Source: Vicinamibacterales bacterium (lineage in GTDB: Bacteria > Acidobacteriota > Vicinamibacteria > Vicinamibacterales > 2-12-FULL-66-21). From it: 64,000 bases of DNA. The position numbers and the translations under genes were made by a program. Positions 8,614 to 18,318 of the stretch are shown piece after piece (position 1 is the stretch's first letter; every line of letters starts with the position of its first letter). The stretch lies in NCBI GenBank assembly GCA_035463475.1, contig DATHTE010000133.1:3056-67055 (forward strand), given 5' to 3'. A model generated the notes under the pieces. That model searched no databases and was not told the origin of the DNA. It saw only the letters and a program-made list of their open reading frames with translations.

Positions 8614-11600
8614 CTACGAGCCGGCTGAAAGCAGAACGGCGCTGACAGCTTTCGCCTTCACGCGGTGAACCGCCAAGGCATACGCCTGCAACTGACGCTT
8701 GTAGCGTGCGACGGGCGTCCCCAGCGCGCTGTCAGTCTTGAAGTCCACCAGCACCGTGCGGGCGTCCTCTTCGAACATCAGGTCCACGACGCCGTCCACC
8801 AGTTCGCCGGCGTCGGTGCGAAGCATCACCGGAACTTCCCGCTGAAGCGCGCCGGCTTTGGCTGCGGTCCGCGCGCGCGACATCACCGGATGCGCCAGGA
8901 TGCGCTCGACGACGGCTGGCGCGGCGGCGATCTCGGCTGGCGTGGAGCCGAGAATGCGGCCGTGCACTTCCGCGATGGCCCGAATGGCGTCGATGACGGC
9001 GTCCAGAGGTACGACCGAGAGCACCGAGTGCACCAGCGAACCGAAATGAGCTCCAGACGGCCGGTCTGACGGAAGATCGACGTGGACCACTTCCACTTCC
9101 ACGACTTCGTCCTTCGGCAATCCGGTGTCCGAACGCGCGGCCCACGCAGTCGCGACGTGGACACGCATGCTCGGGTGCGAGCCGGCCTCGACCGCTGCCT
9201 CGCGCGAACGGCGCCAGGACTCGTAGGCAGCGAGCCCCTCGGCGATGACTTCGGCGCTCGCTTCCTTGGTGATCAGCTCCGGACGCCGGATCCCTGACGA
9301 AGGCTCGACACCGAGAATCAGAGCCCGCGGGTCCCACCAGGCCACCGTGTACCGATCCTTCCCCTCGCCGAACTCGTGGAGGCCGGGGGAGACAGTGTCG
9401 GCAGTCGCGGGATCGTCGTTCGGGCGTCCGAGGACGCTGTCCTTCGACTTGAACGGCGGGCAGCCTGGCGCGGCACGCTGCTCGCGGCGGTGCGCGGGCG
9501 ACGGATAGATGGCGGGATTGAGTGGTCGGAGCCAGCCATCATCGAACGGCTTGTCCCCCACGGCAGGCACGACGAGCAAATCGCGGGCGCGCGTCGCGGC
9601 GACGTAAGCGAGCCGCACGCCTTCGGCCTCGTCTCGCACCCGTTCGAGCGCCGCCTGCTCACGCAGCTCAAGCGGCATCCAGCCGGCCAGCTTCAGAACG
9701 CACAGGCGCGACACCGGTTCGATGTACCGATCCGGGTCGCGCTGCGCGAGCTTCGCCGTGATGTCCGCGAGGATGACGACCGGGAACTCGAGCCCCTTGG
9801 CCTTGTGCACCGTCATCAACCGCACGCCGCCGGTGCCCTCTTCGATGACCGGGGCTTCCGCCGCCTGCGCCGACTCCGACTCCTCGCGAAGCCGCTCGAC
9901 GAACCCGCGGAACGAGAGACCGCCTTCCAGCTCGTACTGACGCGCGAGCTCCGCTATCTGCAGCACGTTGGCGAGCACCTGCTCGCCGCGCGGCCGCAGG
10001 ACGAGCGACACGTGCGCGCGCGTGACGTCGATCAGACGATGGACGGTGTCCGCGATCGGCCGATGGTTGCGGGCGATATGCAGCGCCCGCAGGAGCGAAA
10101 GCGACTCGGCGATTGGCTGAAGCCTCTCCGGGACCTCGAGGTCGGCATCCTGCCGAATCCAGGCCGCCACCGCCGACGAGAACGGATGAAAGTGGCCGAA
10201 ACGGTGCCGCCACTCGAGCAACTCCTCGTCGCCGATGGCGAACAACGGCCCGCGCAGCGTGGCAAAGACGGACAGTTCGTCGTCCGGCCATTCCACGGCG
10301 GCGAGCGCCGCCCGCATGTTCTCGACCTCCTCGCGGTCGTGGAACGTGCGCCCTCCAACGAGCACGTGCGGGATCCCGCGCGCTTCCAGTCCCTCGACAT
10401 ACGGACGGGTCACGTCGTCTCCCCACGTGACGAAGCGGCGGAACAACACGCAGATGTGGCGGGCAGCGATCGGCTCCGTCTCGTCCTCGGTGTCAGGCAC
10501 CGAGACGCGCCAGCCACTCCTGTGGATCAACCAGTCGATATAGGCGGCGATGGCTGGAGGAAGCGACTTCTCGATGGCGTACTTCGCCACGTTTCTCTTC
10601 CCGTACGGCGACGGAACGGGCAGCGACACGAGCGCTGGCGCGGCAGGGAGATTGGGACGAGACGGCGTCAACGGAACGTACTCGGCCTGGAGTGCCTGAC
10701 GATCGCCTGTCATCTCGGGCGCGAACGCCGCGTTGACGAGGTTCTGAATCGCACGCTGGGACCGGAAGCTGGTCGTCAGGTTCGCAGCCCGGGCTCCCTG
10801 CGCGAGGAGCAGATCGCGTACTTCGTAATACGTTTCGATATCGGCGCGGCGGAAGCGGTAGATGGACTGTTTCGGATCGGCGACGATGAAGAGCGCGCCG
10901 GGGCGGAGCCGGAGCTTCCGCCAATCCGGTTTTTCAGTGCTGCTCTTCGATGCGCGCCGGGACTCGTCGGCCGCGAGCAGGAAGATGATCTCGGCTTGAA
11001 CGGGATCCGTGTCCTGGAACTCGTCCACGAAGATCCGCTTGAACCGGCCCTGAAACGTCCGGCGCACCTCCGGACTGTCATACAGCAGATTGCGAGCGCA
11101 GAGGAGCAGGTCAAGAAAGTCCACCGACCCGTCGCGCTCCTTCAGATGTTCGTAGCGCTCCACTGCGCCGCGCAGCTCGGAGGCCAGCAGCGCCGCGAGG
11201 TCCGCATCCGCGCGCTGGCAAAATTCCCTGACGAGCTGAACGAAGCTGTCGCGAGCCGCAATCACTTCCGGGCGCGGCACACCCGACTTGTACACCGCCG
11301 CTCGGCCGACGCTGATGCGATCGAGCGACTCGTGAGCAAGATCGACGAGCCTCGCTTCCCAACCGTCGTAATCCGTCACGCCGGAGGCCTGGTCTCTCGC
11401 GATCGCGTCACTCGCCTGCCGGACGGGACGAGTGCCTTCGTATAGGTAGTCTTTGTCCCACGAGGGCGATCGGGTCAGCGCGGCAAAGGCGTGGAGCTCA
11501 CCAACGAGCTGGTCGATTTCCCGATCGCGGCTATATTCAGGCCGGCGCCATTCGCACGTGAAGTCCCGCCACTCCGCGAGTTTCCACGCCGCGCCCCTGA

Positions 11601-12156
11601 GACGATCGATCGGCGCGCTGGCGTCGTCGTCGGAGGAACTGCTCCGGAACGGTGACGCCGGCGTGCGTCGCAACGCCCGACGGATACCTTCCGGCGGGTT
11701 CACCAGCTGCTCCTGGAACCACAACATGAACGCACGGTCGAACACGTCCTGCGACTGGCCCTCGGTCAGCGTGGTGAAGAGCGGGTCCAGCCGGGCCTCG
11801 ACCGGACGCTCGCGAAGCAGGTCGGCGCAGAATCCGTGAATGGTGCTGACGTGCGCTTCCTCGAGGTGCGCCAGTGCATCGGTGAGACGCTGACGCTTGA
11901 CACCCGACGCCCTGCTTCGCGCCTTTTCCAGCTGCTCGCGAACGCGCAGCTTCAGCTCGCCGGCGGCCTTCTCGGTAAAGGTGACCGCGACGATCTCGCG
12001 AATCTGCGCCACTCCTTCTTCAATGACCCGAACGATACGGTTCACCAGCTGAGTCGTCTTGCCAGTGCCCGCGGCCGCCTCCACGAGGAAGGTAGAGTCG
12101 AGGTCGTTCAGAATGAGATCGCGGTGCAGCTGATCGTCGAGATGTCTTCGGGTCAT
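8614..12156 (-). CDS. addA: UvrD/PcrA-type helicase with C-terminal PD-(D/E)XK nuclease (AddA-type)
   Basis: 1180 aa. Walker A AAAGTGKTT near the N-terminus, DEFQDT (motif II), a C-terminal nuclease motif VDLMFEE...VLVDFKTD...YKRQLQAYA, and a 4-bp overlap with the upstream partner gene. Confidence 0.85.
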   Translation of the reverse strand: MTRRHLDDQLHRDLILNDLDSTFLVEAAAGTGKTTQLVNRIVRVIEEGVAQIREIVAVTFTEKAAGELKLRVREQLEKARSRASGVKRQRLTDALAHLEEAHVSTIHGFCADLLRERPVEARLDPLFTTLTEGQSQDVFDRAFMLWFQEQLVNPPEGIRRALRRTPASPFRSSSSDDDASAPIDRLRGAAWKLAEWRDFTCEWRRPEYSRDREIDQLVGELHAFAALTRSPSWDKDYLYEGTRPVRQASDAIARDQASGVTDYDGWEARLVDLAHESLDRISVGRAAVYKSGVPRPEVIAARDSFVQLVREFCQRADADLAALLASELRGAVERYEHLKERDGSVDFLDLLLCARNLLYDSPEVRRTFQGRFKRIFVDEFQDTDPVQAEIIFLLAADESRRASKSSTEKPDWRKLRLRPGALFIVADPKQSIYRFRRADIETYYEVRDLLLAQGARAANLTTSFRSQRAIQNLVNAAFAPEMTGDRQALQAEYVPLTPSRPNLPAAPALVSLPVPSPYGKRNVAKYAIEKSLPPAIAAYIDWLIHRSGWRVSVPDTEDETEPIAARHICVLFRRFVTWGDDVTRPYVEGLEARGIPHVLVGGRTFHDREEVENMRAALAAVEWPDDELSVFATLRGPLFAIGDEELLEWRHRFGHFHPFSSAVAAWIRQDADLEVPERLQPIAESLSLLRALHIARNHRPIADTVHRLIDVTRAHVSLVLRPRGEQVLANVLQIAELARQYELEGGLSFRGFVERLREESESAQAAEAPVIEEGTGGVRLMTVHKAKGLEFPVVILADITAKLAQRDPDRYIEPVSRLCVLKLAGWMPLELREQAALERVRDEAEGVRLAYVAATRARDLLVVPAVGDKPFDDGWLRPLNPAIYPSPAHRREQRAAPGCPPFKSKDSVLGRPNDDPATADTVSPGLHEFGEGKDRYTVAWWDPRALILGVEPSSGIRRPELITKEASAEVIAEGLAAYESWRRSREAAVEAGSHPSMRVHVATAWAARSDTGLPKDEVVEVEVVHVDLPSDRPSGAHFGSLVHSVLSVVPLDAVIDAIRAIAEVHGRILGSTPAEIAAAPAVVERILAHPVMSRARTAAKAGALQREVPVMLRTDAGELVDGVVDLMFEEDARTVLVDFKTDSALGTPVARYKRQLQAYALAVHRVKAKAVSAVLLSAGS

Positions 12157-15100
12157 GGCTTCTCCCTCAGCGCGATGAGGTCGGCCAGGCGCCCCGGGTG
12201 TTTTTTGGCGACGCGGCGTTCCTCGGCGGGGCCGCAGACCACGTGGAAGTCACACCAGTTGCATGCCCCTTCGCCCGGCGCCGCAACGAGAAAGCCCGTC
12301 TCGATCGCACGATCGATGATCTCGAGCACCTCCAGGGCAGAGCGACGGTTCGCCTCGGAGAGCGGCACGTCGTGCGTGGAGAAATCGCCGGCGGAGGTGC
12401 AGTAGGAAAGCCGTCCAGCCAGCACCGGGTCCCCCAGCGCCAATTCCACCGCCAGGCCATAGAGAAGGGGCTGCAGCACGCGTCCGCCGCCGACCACCGT
12501 GCCCGGTTCCGAGCGGTTTCGCCCCGTCTTGTGATCCGTGATCCGGCGCTGGCGCGTGCCGCGTTTGCGCTCCACCAGGTCGACGGATCCCCGGAGGACG
12601 AACCGGCCGCCGACGGTGACGGGCTCCGCCCGGCTCTGCGGGTCGCGCCGATCGTGCCCGACGTCGCCAGCGGCACCGAGGCCGAAGGCGAACTCGAAGA
12701 ACTCCGGATCAAAGTCGTCGGCTGTTTCAACCAGGCGGCGGACCCATTCGAGCAGGTCGGAGCGGATGCTCTCGATTTCATCGCGCCACACGCGGTCGAT
12801 TGCGGGGGCGAGCTCGTCCTCGAACTGGGCCGCAACCCGGTCGATAGTCGCTGTCATCACGTTCAGAGCACGACCGAGGCGCTCCGGCGCGAGCGGCAGG
12901 TTTCCATCGGCCTGCAGCGTCCGGAACCACTCCGCCTGAACGCGATGCACCAGGCTGCCCTTCGTCAGGGCATCGAGACGCTGCAGCGGAAGCGGGATCT
13001 CAAAGGGCTCCAGCCGGTGGATAGCCGACAGCAGGAACCGGTAAGGGCACTCGGCGAAGTTCTGCAGCGCAGAAAGCGAGTACGGGCGCGCCGTGAGGCG
13101 CTGCGACGCGAGGGCCTCCTTCACGTCTTTCGACGCGCGGATGATTCCGTCCGATCTTCCCCACGCGTGCTGCCAGCGCTCCCATCGACTCGTGACCGAC
13201 CGACGCAAGGTGTCACTGAGCTGGACGAGGTACCGTGCCCGGCCGACTAGGCTGTTGATGTCGTCGGTCTTCAGCAGCGGCGCCAGCACCGCGAGATCGT
13301 GCTCGAAGTCGTCGAGCGCGGCATCGGGCGTGCCGGGCGCCGGCCACGCCAGCGATGCATCGGTGGCGGCAGCCGCCAGCTGCCGCAATCTGTCCGGACC
13401 CATCACCTCGCCAGTGACGGCGCGCATCACTTCCAGCCCGTAGAACGAAGGGACACGCTCCCTGGCCTCGGCCGAGTCCACTCGCGGGTAGGACACGTAG
13501 AGGCGTTCGGTCGCCGCACCAGAGGCCAGGCGCAGCAGCAATCGCTCCGTCGTGGCGCGATCCGTTTCAACGGCGAGACCCGCATGAAGCCCGCGGCGGA
13601 CCTCGTCTACGAGCAGGGGGTCTTCGCGCAGGCGCTGCGGGAACATGCGCTCAGCGAGCCCGGGGACGAAGACGACTCTGAAAGTGCGCGCGCGCGCCTG
13701 GTGCGGACTGCCGACGAACACGCGACCATACCGATGTCGAGGGGCCGGGGATTCGATCGCGAGCAACCGTTCGCTCAGGACGTGCACGACCTCGTCCAGC
13801 GGGACCGGTCCGATCGCGCTCATCGGGCGAAGGTCAGCAAGGACGCCCCTCACCTCCTCGGGCCGGCGAAGCACCCGAGGAGCCAGTCCGTCGAACAGCT
13901 GGAGCCAGTCGCCCCAGTTGGCGGCAGCCGGCCAGGACGCGAGCGTCTCGATCAAGGGCAGCGCGAACTCACGAAGACGGCGCAGGTTCTCCCGGTCGCG
14001 GACGATACGATCCAGCCTCGGATCGTCGGGGTCCTTGCCCTGAAGCTGCGCCGCGTTCAGCTGGTACTCGCGATCGAGCCCCTCGAGACGCCGCCGCCAA
14101 CGGTCCGCACCCCCGATGACGGCGGACTCGACGAGGAGCCGCTCCCATTTCCACGGTGCACGAAGTGAACCGGCGATGACAGCGGCGTCGGTCGAGGAAG
14201 ACTCTGCGTCGCCAGGATCCCAGCCCTCGTCAGCGGAGGAATTCTCTTCTTCCCCGTCGTCGGCTCTACGCGTGAACGCGGCGAGCACTTCATCGTCCGG
14301 GGCTGTGGATGGTGCGCCGGGGGCGGTCCTCCTCGAACTGACATCAAGGCGCGGGACCTGCGCGAGGGAGAGATATTCCGCGAAGCGCGAAGCGGACAGG
14401 TTCTCCGTGGCACACGCGAGGACGGCCAGAAAGGCTCGGCCTGCCGGGTGCGGGCGTCGAGTCCCCCGATCGAACCACGCCGGAACTCCCGCTCGCGCCA
14501 ATGCGTGTTCGAGCTGCCCCTGGTAGCGCTGCGGCGCCCTCAGCAGGATCGCCATTTCGTCGAAGGGAACGCCCGCTCGCGCTTCAGCGAGAATGAACCG
14601 GGCGATCTCGACGCACTCCCTGCCCTCGCCTGGCGCCGAGAACCATCTCACCTCGCCGGCAACTGACCGCTCCTTCGGCTGCGTTTCCGCGAAGAGATGG
14701 CGCCGGAGGTGCGTCAGGTCCGACTCACCGCTCTCGTCATCAAGGTGCTCGACCACGGTCAGGTTGCCGGCCGCGCGCAGCGATAGCTCGTCGCCGGCAG
14801 GAATCGTCATCAGAGAGGCAGGCGCGGCGGCCACCAGCGCCGAGATGAATTCGCGCTCGGCCGGCGAGTCAGAGGCCACATCAAGCAGCAGGAGCGGTCG
14901 GCCAGACCATGCGCTGCGCCCGCGCCGGACTTCTTCAGTCGCCACGCGGAACAGCTCGGCGCGGTCGGCCGCGGCGGCGCTCGCGAACTGAGCTTCGAAG
15001 TTGTCCAGGAGCGCCGCGAGATCGCCACCAACACGCGGCGCCCGGCGCACTCGTTCTGCACCGAGGAACGCCTCGCGCAGCTCGCGGAGCGTCGAGGCGA

Positions 15101-15503
15101 GCGCGCGCGGGAATCCCGGCGTGCCGACGACGGGCGTGAAGTAGTCGAGCGCGTCGGCCTTCGACGTTTCGAACGTCGCGCGCGCCGCGACGGCTTCCGT
15201 GCCGAGCGTGCTCGACGGGCCAACGCCGCGCAACACCAGAGGCGACGCGGCAATCCTTGCCGCCAGCTGCGCAAGGCTGAAGCGATGCAGTCCCACGACC
15301 GCGCCCCTCCGCAGCGCGATCCGGCGAACGAAATCATCTGCGGCACCGCGCGACGCCGCGACGACGAGGAGCTCGGTCGCCGGAGGTACGGCTTCTACGA
15401 ATGCCTGCGCATGCCGGAGCCGGGCCGCAGCGAACGCTGAGGACAGCGCCCGGACGGACGCCGCCGGCGGCGGCGCCGATGAATGCGGATTGCTGCGAGG
15501 CAC
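12153..15503 (-). CDS. addB: PD-(D/E)XK nuclease-family partner subunit with Fe-S cysteine set (AddB-type)
   Basis: 1116 aa with a degenerate helicase-like N-terminal half. The C-terminal nuclease carries NFAECPYRF plus GEGACNWCDFHVVCG, the C...C-x2-C-x5-C arrangement described for the AddB iron-sulfur cluster. It is translationally coupled to the helicase gene. Confidence 0.8.
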   Translation of the reverse strand: MPRSNPHSSAPPPAASVRALSSAFAAARLRHAQAFVEAVPPATELLVVAASRGAADDFVRRIALRRGAVVGLHRFSLAQLAARIAASPLVLRGVGPSSTLGTEAVAARATFETSKADALDYFTPVVGTPGFPRALASTLRELREAFLGAERVRRAPRVGGDLAALLDNFEAQFASAAAADRAELFRVATEEVRRGRSAWSGRPLLLLDVASDSPAEREFISALVAAAPASLMTIPAGDELSLRAAGNLTVVEHLDDESGESDLTHLRRHLFAETQPKERSVAGEVRWFSAPGEGRECVEIARFILAEARAGVPFDEMAILLRAPQRYQGQLEHALARAGVPAWFDRGTRRPHPAGRAFLAVLACATENLSASRFAEYLSLAQVPRLDVSSRRTAPGAPSTAPDDEVLAAFTRRADDGEEENSSADEGWDPGDAESSSTDAAVIAGSLRAPWKWERLLVESAVIGGADRWRRRLEGLDREYQLNAAQLQGKDPDDPRLDRIVRDRENLRRLREFALPLIETLASWPAAANWGDWLQLFDGLAPRVLRRPEEVRGVLADLRPMSAIGPVPLDEVVHVLSERLLAIESPAPRHRYGRVFVGSPHQARARTFRVVFVPGLAERMFPQRLREDPLLVDEVRRGLHAGLAVETDRATTERLLLRLASGAATERLYVSYPRVDSAEARERVPSFYGLEVMRAVTGEVMGPDRLRQLAAAATDASLAWPAPGTPDAALDDFEHDLAVLAPLLKTDDINSLVGRARYLVQLSDTLRRSVTSRWERWQHAWGRSDGIIRASKDVKEALASQRLTARPYSLSALQNFAECPYRFLLSAIHRLEPFEIPLPLQRLDALTKGSLVHRVQAEWFRTLQADGNLPLAPERLGRALNVMTATIDRVAAQFEDELAPAIDRVWRDEIESIRSDLLEWVRRLVETADDFDPEFFEFAFGLGAAGDVGHDRRDPQSRAEPVTVGGRFVLRGSVDLVERKRGTRQRRITDHKTGRNRSEPGTVVGGGRVLQPLLYGLAVELALGDPVLAGRLSYCTSAGDFSTHDVPLSEANRRSALEVLEIIDRAIETGFLVAAPGEGACNWCDFHVVCGPAEERRVAKKHPGRLADLIALREKP

Positions 15504-15671
15504 AGCCGCACCTTCAGCAACGCGCGAAATGTGAGAGGGATTGGAGCTTCTGGCGGGTCTTCATTCGTCACCTCCCCGGGTGGTCGTGCCGGGAAAACGC
15601 GTCAAACGGCGGCGCGACACCGCCGTGAATGCGCAGAGCCTAGCATCGCGGTGCTGGATCGTCAATGTCGA

Positions 15672-16019
15672 TCATCGCGCGAGCGATTCAAGGTGCGCGA
15701 GCATCAGGCGGCGGTGCGCGATCTGGGCGAGCGTCAGCTCGCGTGGGAAACGGGGACAGGCACCGTGTTCACTGTAAGGGGGACAGGCACCGTTTTCACT
15801 TGCACCTGAGAAAACGGTGGCTGTCCCCTGCATGACTGTCCCTGCAAGCTCACGCGCTCGGATCCGCTCCCGCTCGGAGCGGAAACAGCGAAAACAGAGC
15901 ACGTGCTGGCGATCGGCGCGGACGTGGCCGCGATACTGGTACTTCGCCCGGCGCTGCTTGCACCGGGCGCAGAGGCGTTCGTTCGCGCGACTCCGTCGGC
16001 GGCGTTCGGCGGCAGACAT
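15672..16019 (-). CDS. Hypothetical small protein with CxxC...CxxC zinc-ribbon-like N-terminus; the middle of the ORF is made of palindromic repeat elements
   Basis: MSAAERRRRSRANERLCARCKQRRAKYQYRGHVRADRQHVLCFRCFRSERE... Residues encoded by 15752-15842 (GTATVFSGASENGACPPYSEHGACPRFP) are the translated repeat copies. Coding status is uncertain. Confidence 0.4.
   Translation of the reverse strand: MSAAERRRRSRANERLCARCKQRRAKYQYRGHVRADRQHVLCFRCFRSERERIRARELAGTVMQGTATVFSGASENGACPPYSEHGACPRFPRELTLAQIAHRRLMLAHLESLAR
15752..15842. repeat. Cluster of GGGGACAGGCACCGT(G/T)TTCAC elements (2 direct, 1 inverted, 1 partial)
   Basis: GGGGACAGGCACCGTGTTCAC at 15752-15772, GGGGGACAGGCACCGTTTTCAC at 15778-15799 and the inverted GAGAAAACGGTGGCTGTCCCC at 15808-15828. 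The last two form a 19-bp stem with one central mismatch. A partial TGACTGTCCC lies at 15834-15842. Confidence 0.85.
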
Positions 16020-16130
16020 GGGTCCCTCCTCTTTCTGGCGGCCCCGAACCGTGCGTCGCGAGCCGCCCTTACCTGGCGCGAGGATCTCAGGTCGCCGTGA
16101 CAGGGCCGGTCCTACGTCGTTTCTTCGCTG

Positions 16131-16197
16131 TCAGGCGTCAGGGAAGGGTTCCGGGGGTCAGGGGCCACGGTCAGGGGTTTGGGGTCAGGCTGCAGGG
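16131..16197 (+). repeat. Degenerate GGTCAGG-type heptamer tract, G-run rich
   Basis: tcaggcgtcagggaagggttccgggggtcaggggccacggtcaggggtttggggtcaggctgcaggg. G runs of 3 or more occur at 16141, 16146, 16153, 16161, 16174, 16181 and 16195. Confidence 0.6.
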
Positions 16198-16270
16198 CTT
16201 CAGCTTCGCCGGAGGTAATCAACCGGCCGCCTTCGATCCCCTTTACCTGCAGAAGGGGAGAGACGAACCC

Positions 16271-16492
16271 ATGGCGAGCAGGGCCGAGACCGTCAGCCAC
16301 ACCGAAGTCCTCGAGAGATGGCGACACATGGCCGCCGCCTTCAACCGCGCCGGGATTCCGTGCGACATGCTCAGCTACCTCGCCATTGTCGAGGGGCTGT
16401 CTCTGATGGCGCAGGCCCCGGACGGCGGGTTTGCTCTCCCCGATACCGCGCGGCCCGCGCGGGACGGCGGTCTGATGTACTGGGCGAACTAA
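16271..16492 (+). CDS. Possible small hypothetical protein (73 aa)
   Basis: The ATG at 16271 follows AAGGGGAG (16252-16259). The third codon position is G/C-rich, as in neighbouring genes. There is no recognisable motif (MASRAETVSHTEVLERWRHMAAAFNRAGIPCDML...). Confidence 0.3.
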   Translation: MASRAETVSHTEVLERWRHMAAAFNRAGIPCDMLSYLAIVEGLSLMAQAPDGGFALPDTARPARDGGLMYWAN

Positions 16493-16508
16493 GGTGCCCT
16501 CGGCGCCA

Positions 16509-16563
16509 GGGCGCTCAGGCTCTGGGCGCTAGGGCGCTTAGGCTCTGGGCGCTAGGGCGCTGG
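16509..16563 (+). repeat. 23-bp tandem repeat, about 2.4 copies
   Basis: GGGCGCTCAGGCTCTGGGCGCTA at 16509-16531, GGGCGCTTAGGCTCTGGGCGCTA at 16532-16554, and a partial GGGCGCTGG at 16555-16563. Confidence 0.85.
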
Positions 16564-17103
16564 CGGCCTTCGCCCTCCGGGCTTCGGCGAGCCAAGGGAC
16601 CTTGGGCACTGGGGCCTCGGGACCGGCGCTCGGGGCTATCGGCGCTGCTTCGGTGAGTGGCCAGGGACAGAAAGCTATGCCGGATGCGGGGGCTGAATGC
16701 CGAAGCGGTGGCATTCGGCCCTCGCATTTCACGTTGCACACCTGTGTCGTCGCGCCTGGCCGTCGGGCTCACGGACCTGACGTTGAGCCGCTGAGGCGCC
16801 GGTCGGAGGCCGGAAGGTGAGGCCAAGCGAGCGACGCTTCGCTCGGTCATGCGCGGCGGGCCTTGGCCTTCGCCTTACGGCCGCGCTCTCGTCCGCGCAG
16901 CCGTACGCGGCGCGCGACCGGCGCAGCCACTCGCCGGCTTGACCATCGCCGGTCTGTGGCACATACCGAATCCGGTCCAGTCGTTGCAGGTTTTGCGCGA
17001 CTTCGAGTGGGTCGCGTGCTGAAGTGCCTGCACACGGGGCGACCCGCCCCGAGCGAATCCCGCGGGAATCCTGCTGGCACCTCCCTCGCTAGACGACGGT
17101 AGA

Positions 17104-17670
17104 ATGGCGCCCGTGAGCCGGGTGGTGAGACCGCGGGTGGGTTACACCGATCTTCAGCATCAGCCGGAGGACGGGCGCCGTTACGAAATCTACGACGGCG
17201 AGGTACTCGTGGTCCCGTCTCCCCTGCCGCTGCACCAGGTGGTCGCTGACAACCTGGCACGGGTCCTCCACGCGTACGCAGAAGAGCACGGCGGGATCGC
17301 GATCACCGCGCCGTTGGACATCGTGTTTTCGGAGTACAACGTACTGCAGCCCGATGTCGTGTTCTTCAGCGCGGCGCGGCGACATCTCGTGAAGCTGCTC
17401 GAACCGATTCGCGAGCGCCCGGACCTGGTGGTCGAGGTACTGTCACCCTCGACGGAGACGACCGATCGCGGAAGGAAGCTGCAGACGTTTGCGCGGTTCG
17501 GAGTGCCTGAGTACTGGATCATCGATCCCACTGCCCGATCGATCGAGGTCCTGCACTTCGAGACTGACGCCTACGTGCTCCGCTCGCGCGCCACCGCCGG
17601 CGGGAAGGCGGAGTCGGCCACGCTGCCGCACCTCGAGGTCGCCGTCGCGGCAACGATTCCTGACGCCTGA
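17104..17670 (+). CDS. Uma2-family (DUF820) endonuclease
   Basis: 188 aa. RYEIYDGEVLVVPSP, LQPDVVFF, DLVVEVLSPST, KLQTFARFGVPEYWIIDP match the restriction-endonuclease-like Uma2 signature (E-x-x-x-G ... PD ... E-V-x-S ... Y). Confidence 0.85.
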   Translation: MAPVSRVVRPRVGYTDLQHQPEDGRRYEIYDGEVLVVPSPLPLHQVVADNLARVLHAYAEEHGGIAITAPLDIVFSEYNVLQPDVVFFSAARRHLVKLLEPIRERPDLVVEVLSPSTETTDRGRKLQTFARFGVPEYWIIDPTARSIEVLHFETDAYVLRSRATAGGKAESATLPHLEVAVAATIPDA

Positions 17671-17776
17671 CCAGGGTCAGGGTTTCTCCGACGCCTGCAC
17701 CTTCCTCTTGCCCGCTCTAGTCCGCCAGGACGCTCAGGCCACGGCCCAAGTACACCGCCGTGGGCGTTTGATCGTC

Positions 17777-18148
17777 TCAGCCAAGGTTGCCGTGCGCGAC
17801 CGTCCACTTCTCGATCTTGCGCGGCTCGAGGACCGGCTTGCCGAGCGCTGGCGTCGACATGCAGTAGGTGCCCTGGTGCGTCCCCACCCAAATCAGGTTG
17901 CGATCCCACTCGACGAACACGGTCTCGGCACCGTCGCGGAAGTACTCGTCCCAGTTGTCGAGAGACGATGAGCGCTGCGGCACGAACCAGGCGGTTTCCT
18001 TCGGCTGCGTGGGATCGGAGAGCCACGGCTGGATGTTGTGCGTGCCGAACCGTCCGCGCGCGAAGCAGAAGTCAGTATACGGCGCCTCCTTCGGCGCCAC
18101 CGGGCGCGGGAACAACCCGACGACGCGCGGGTTGCGCGGGTTCGGCAT
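17777..18148 (-). CDS. Hypothetical protein (123 aa), no family recognised
   Basis: ATG at complement 18148. Translation: MPNPRNPRVVGLFPRPVAPKEAPYTDFCFARGRFGTHNIQPWL...FVEWDRNLIWVGTHQGTYCM... Amino-acid use looks coding and the segment is slightly A/T-richer than its flanks. Confidence 0.5.
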   Translation of the reverse strand: MPNPRNPRVVGLFPRPVAPKEAPYTDFCFARGRFGTHNIQPWLSDPTQPKETAWFVPQRSSSLDNWDEYFRDGAETVFVEWDRNLIWVGTHQGTYCMSTPALGKPVLEPRKIEKWTVAHGNLG

Positions 18149-18318
18149 TCGGCATTGCCTCACAAGTCTCCTTTCTTGTACGCTCAATTGCGAGTTCCGT
18201 TCCCAGTCCCTTCGAGCACAAGCCGATGCAGAACGAGAGCGACGGCGACCGGATTTGGACCAGCAGTGCCGGCCCGGGCCGAGGTGCGACACCCCCCGTC
18301 ACGCGTGAGACCGAGACC

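Noticed and set aside
8614-15503. The large helicase plus nuclease pair as a novel defence system
   Set aside because: The motif content (UvrD helicase plus PD-(D/E)XK nuclease in one subunit; a degenerate helicase plus a nuclease with C...CxxCx5C in the other) and the 4-bp coupling match canonical AddAB-type double-strand-break repair enzymes. No extra defence-type partners are present.
16847-17260. ORFs 16847-17260 minus, 16729-16962 minus and 16515-16850 minus as genes filling the 16-17 kb gap
   Set aside because: The translations are Arg/Pro/Ala-rich with no hydrophobic core pattern or motifs. One overlaps the well-supported Uma2 gene start. They are treated as non-coding.
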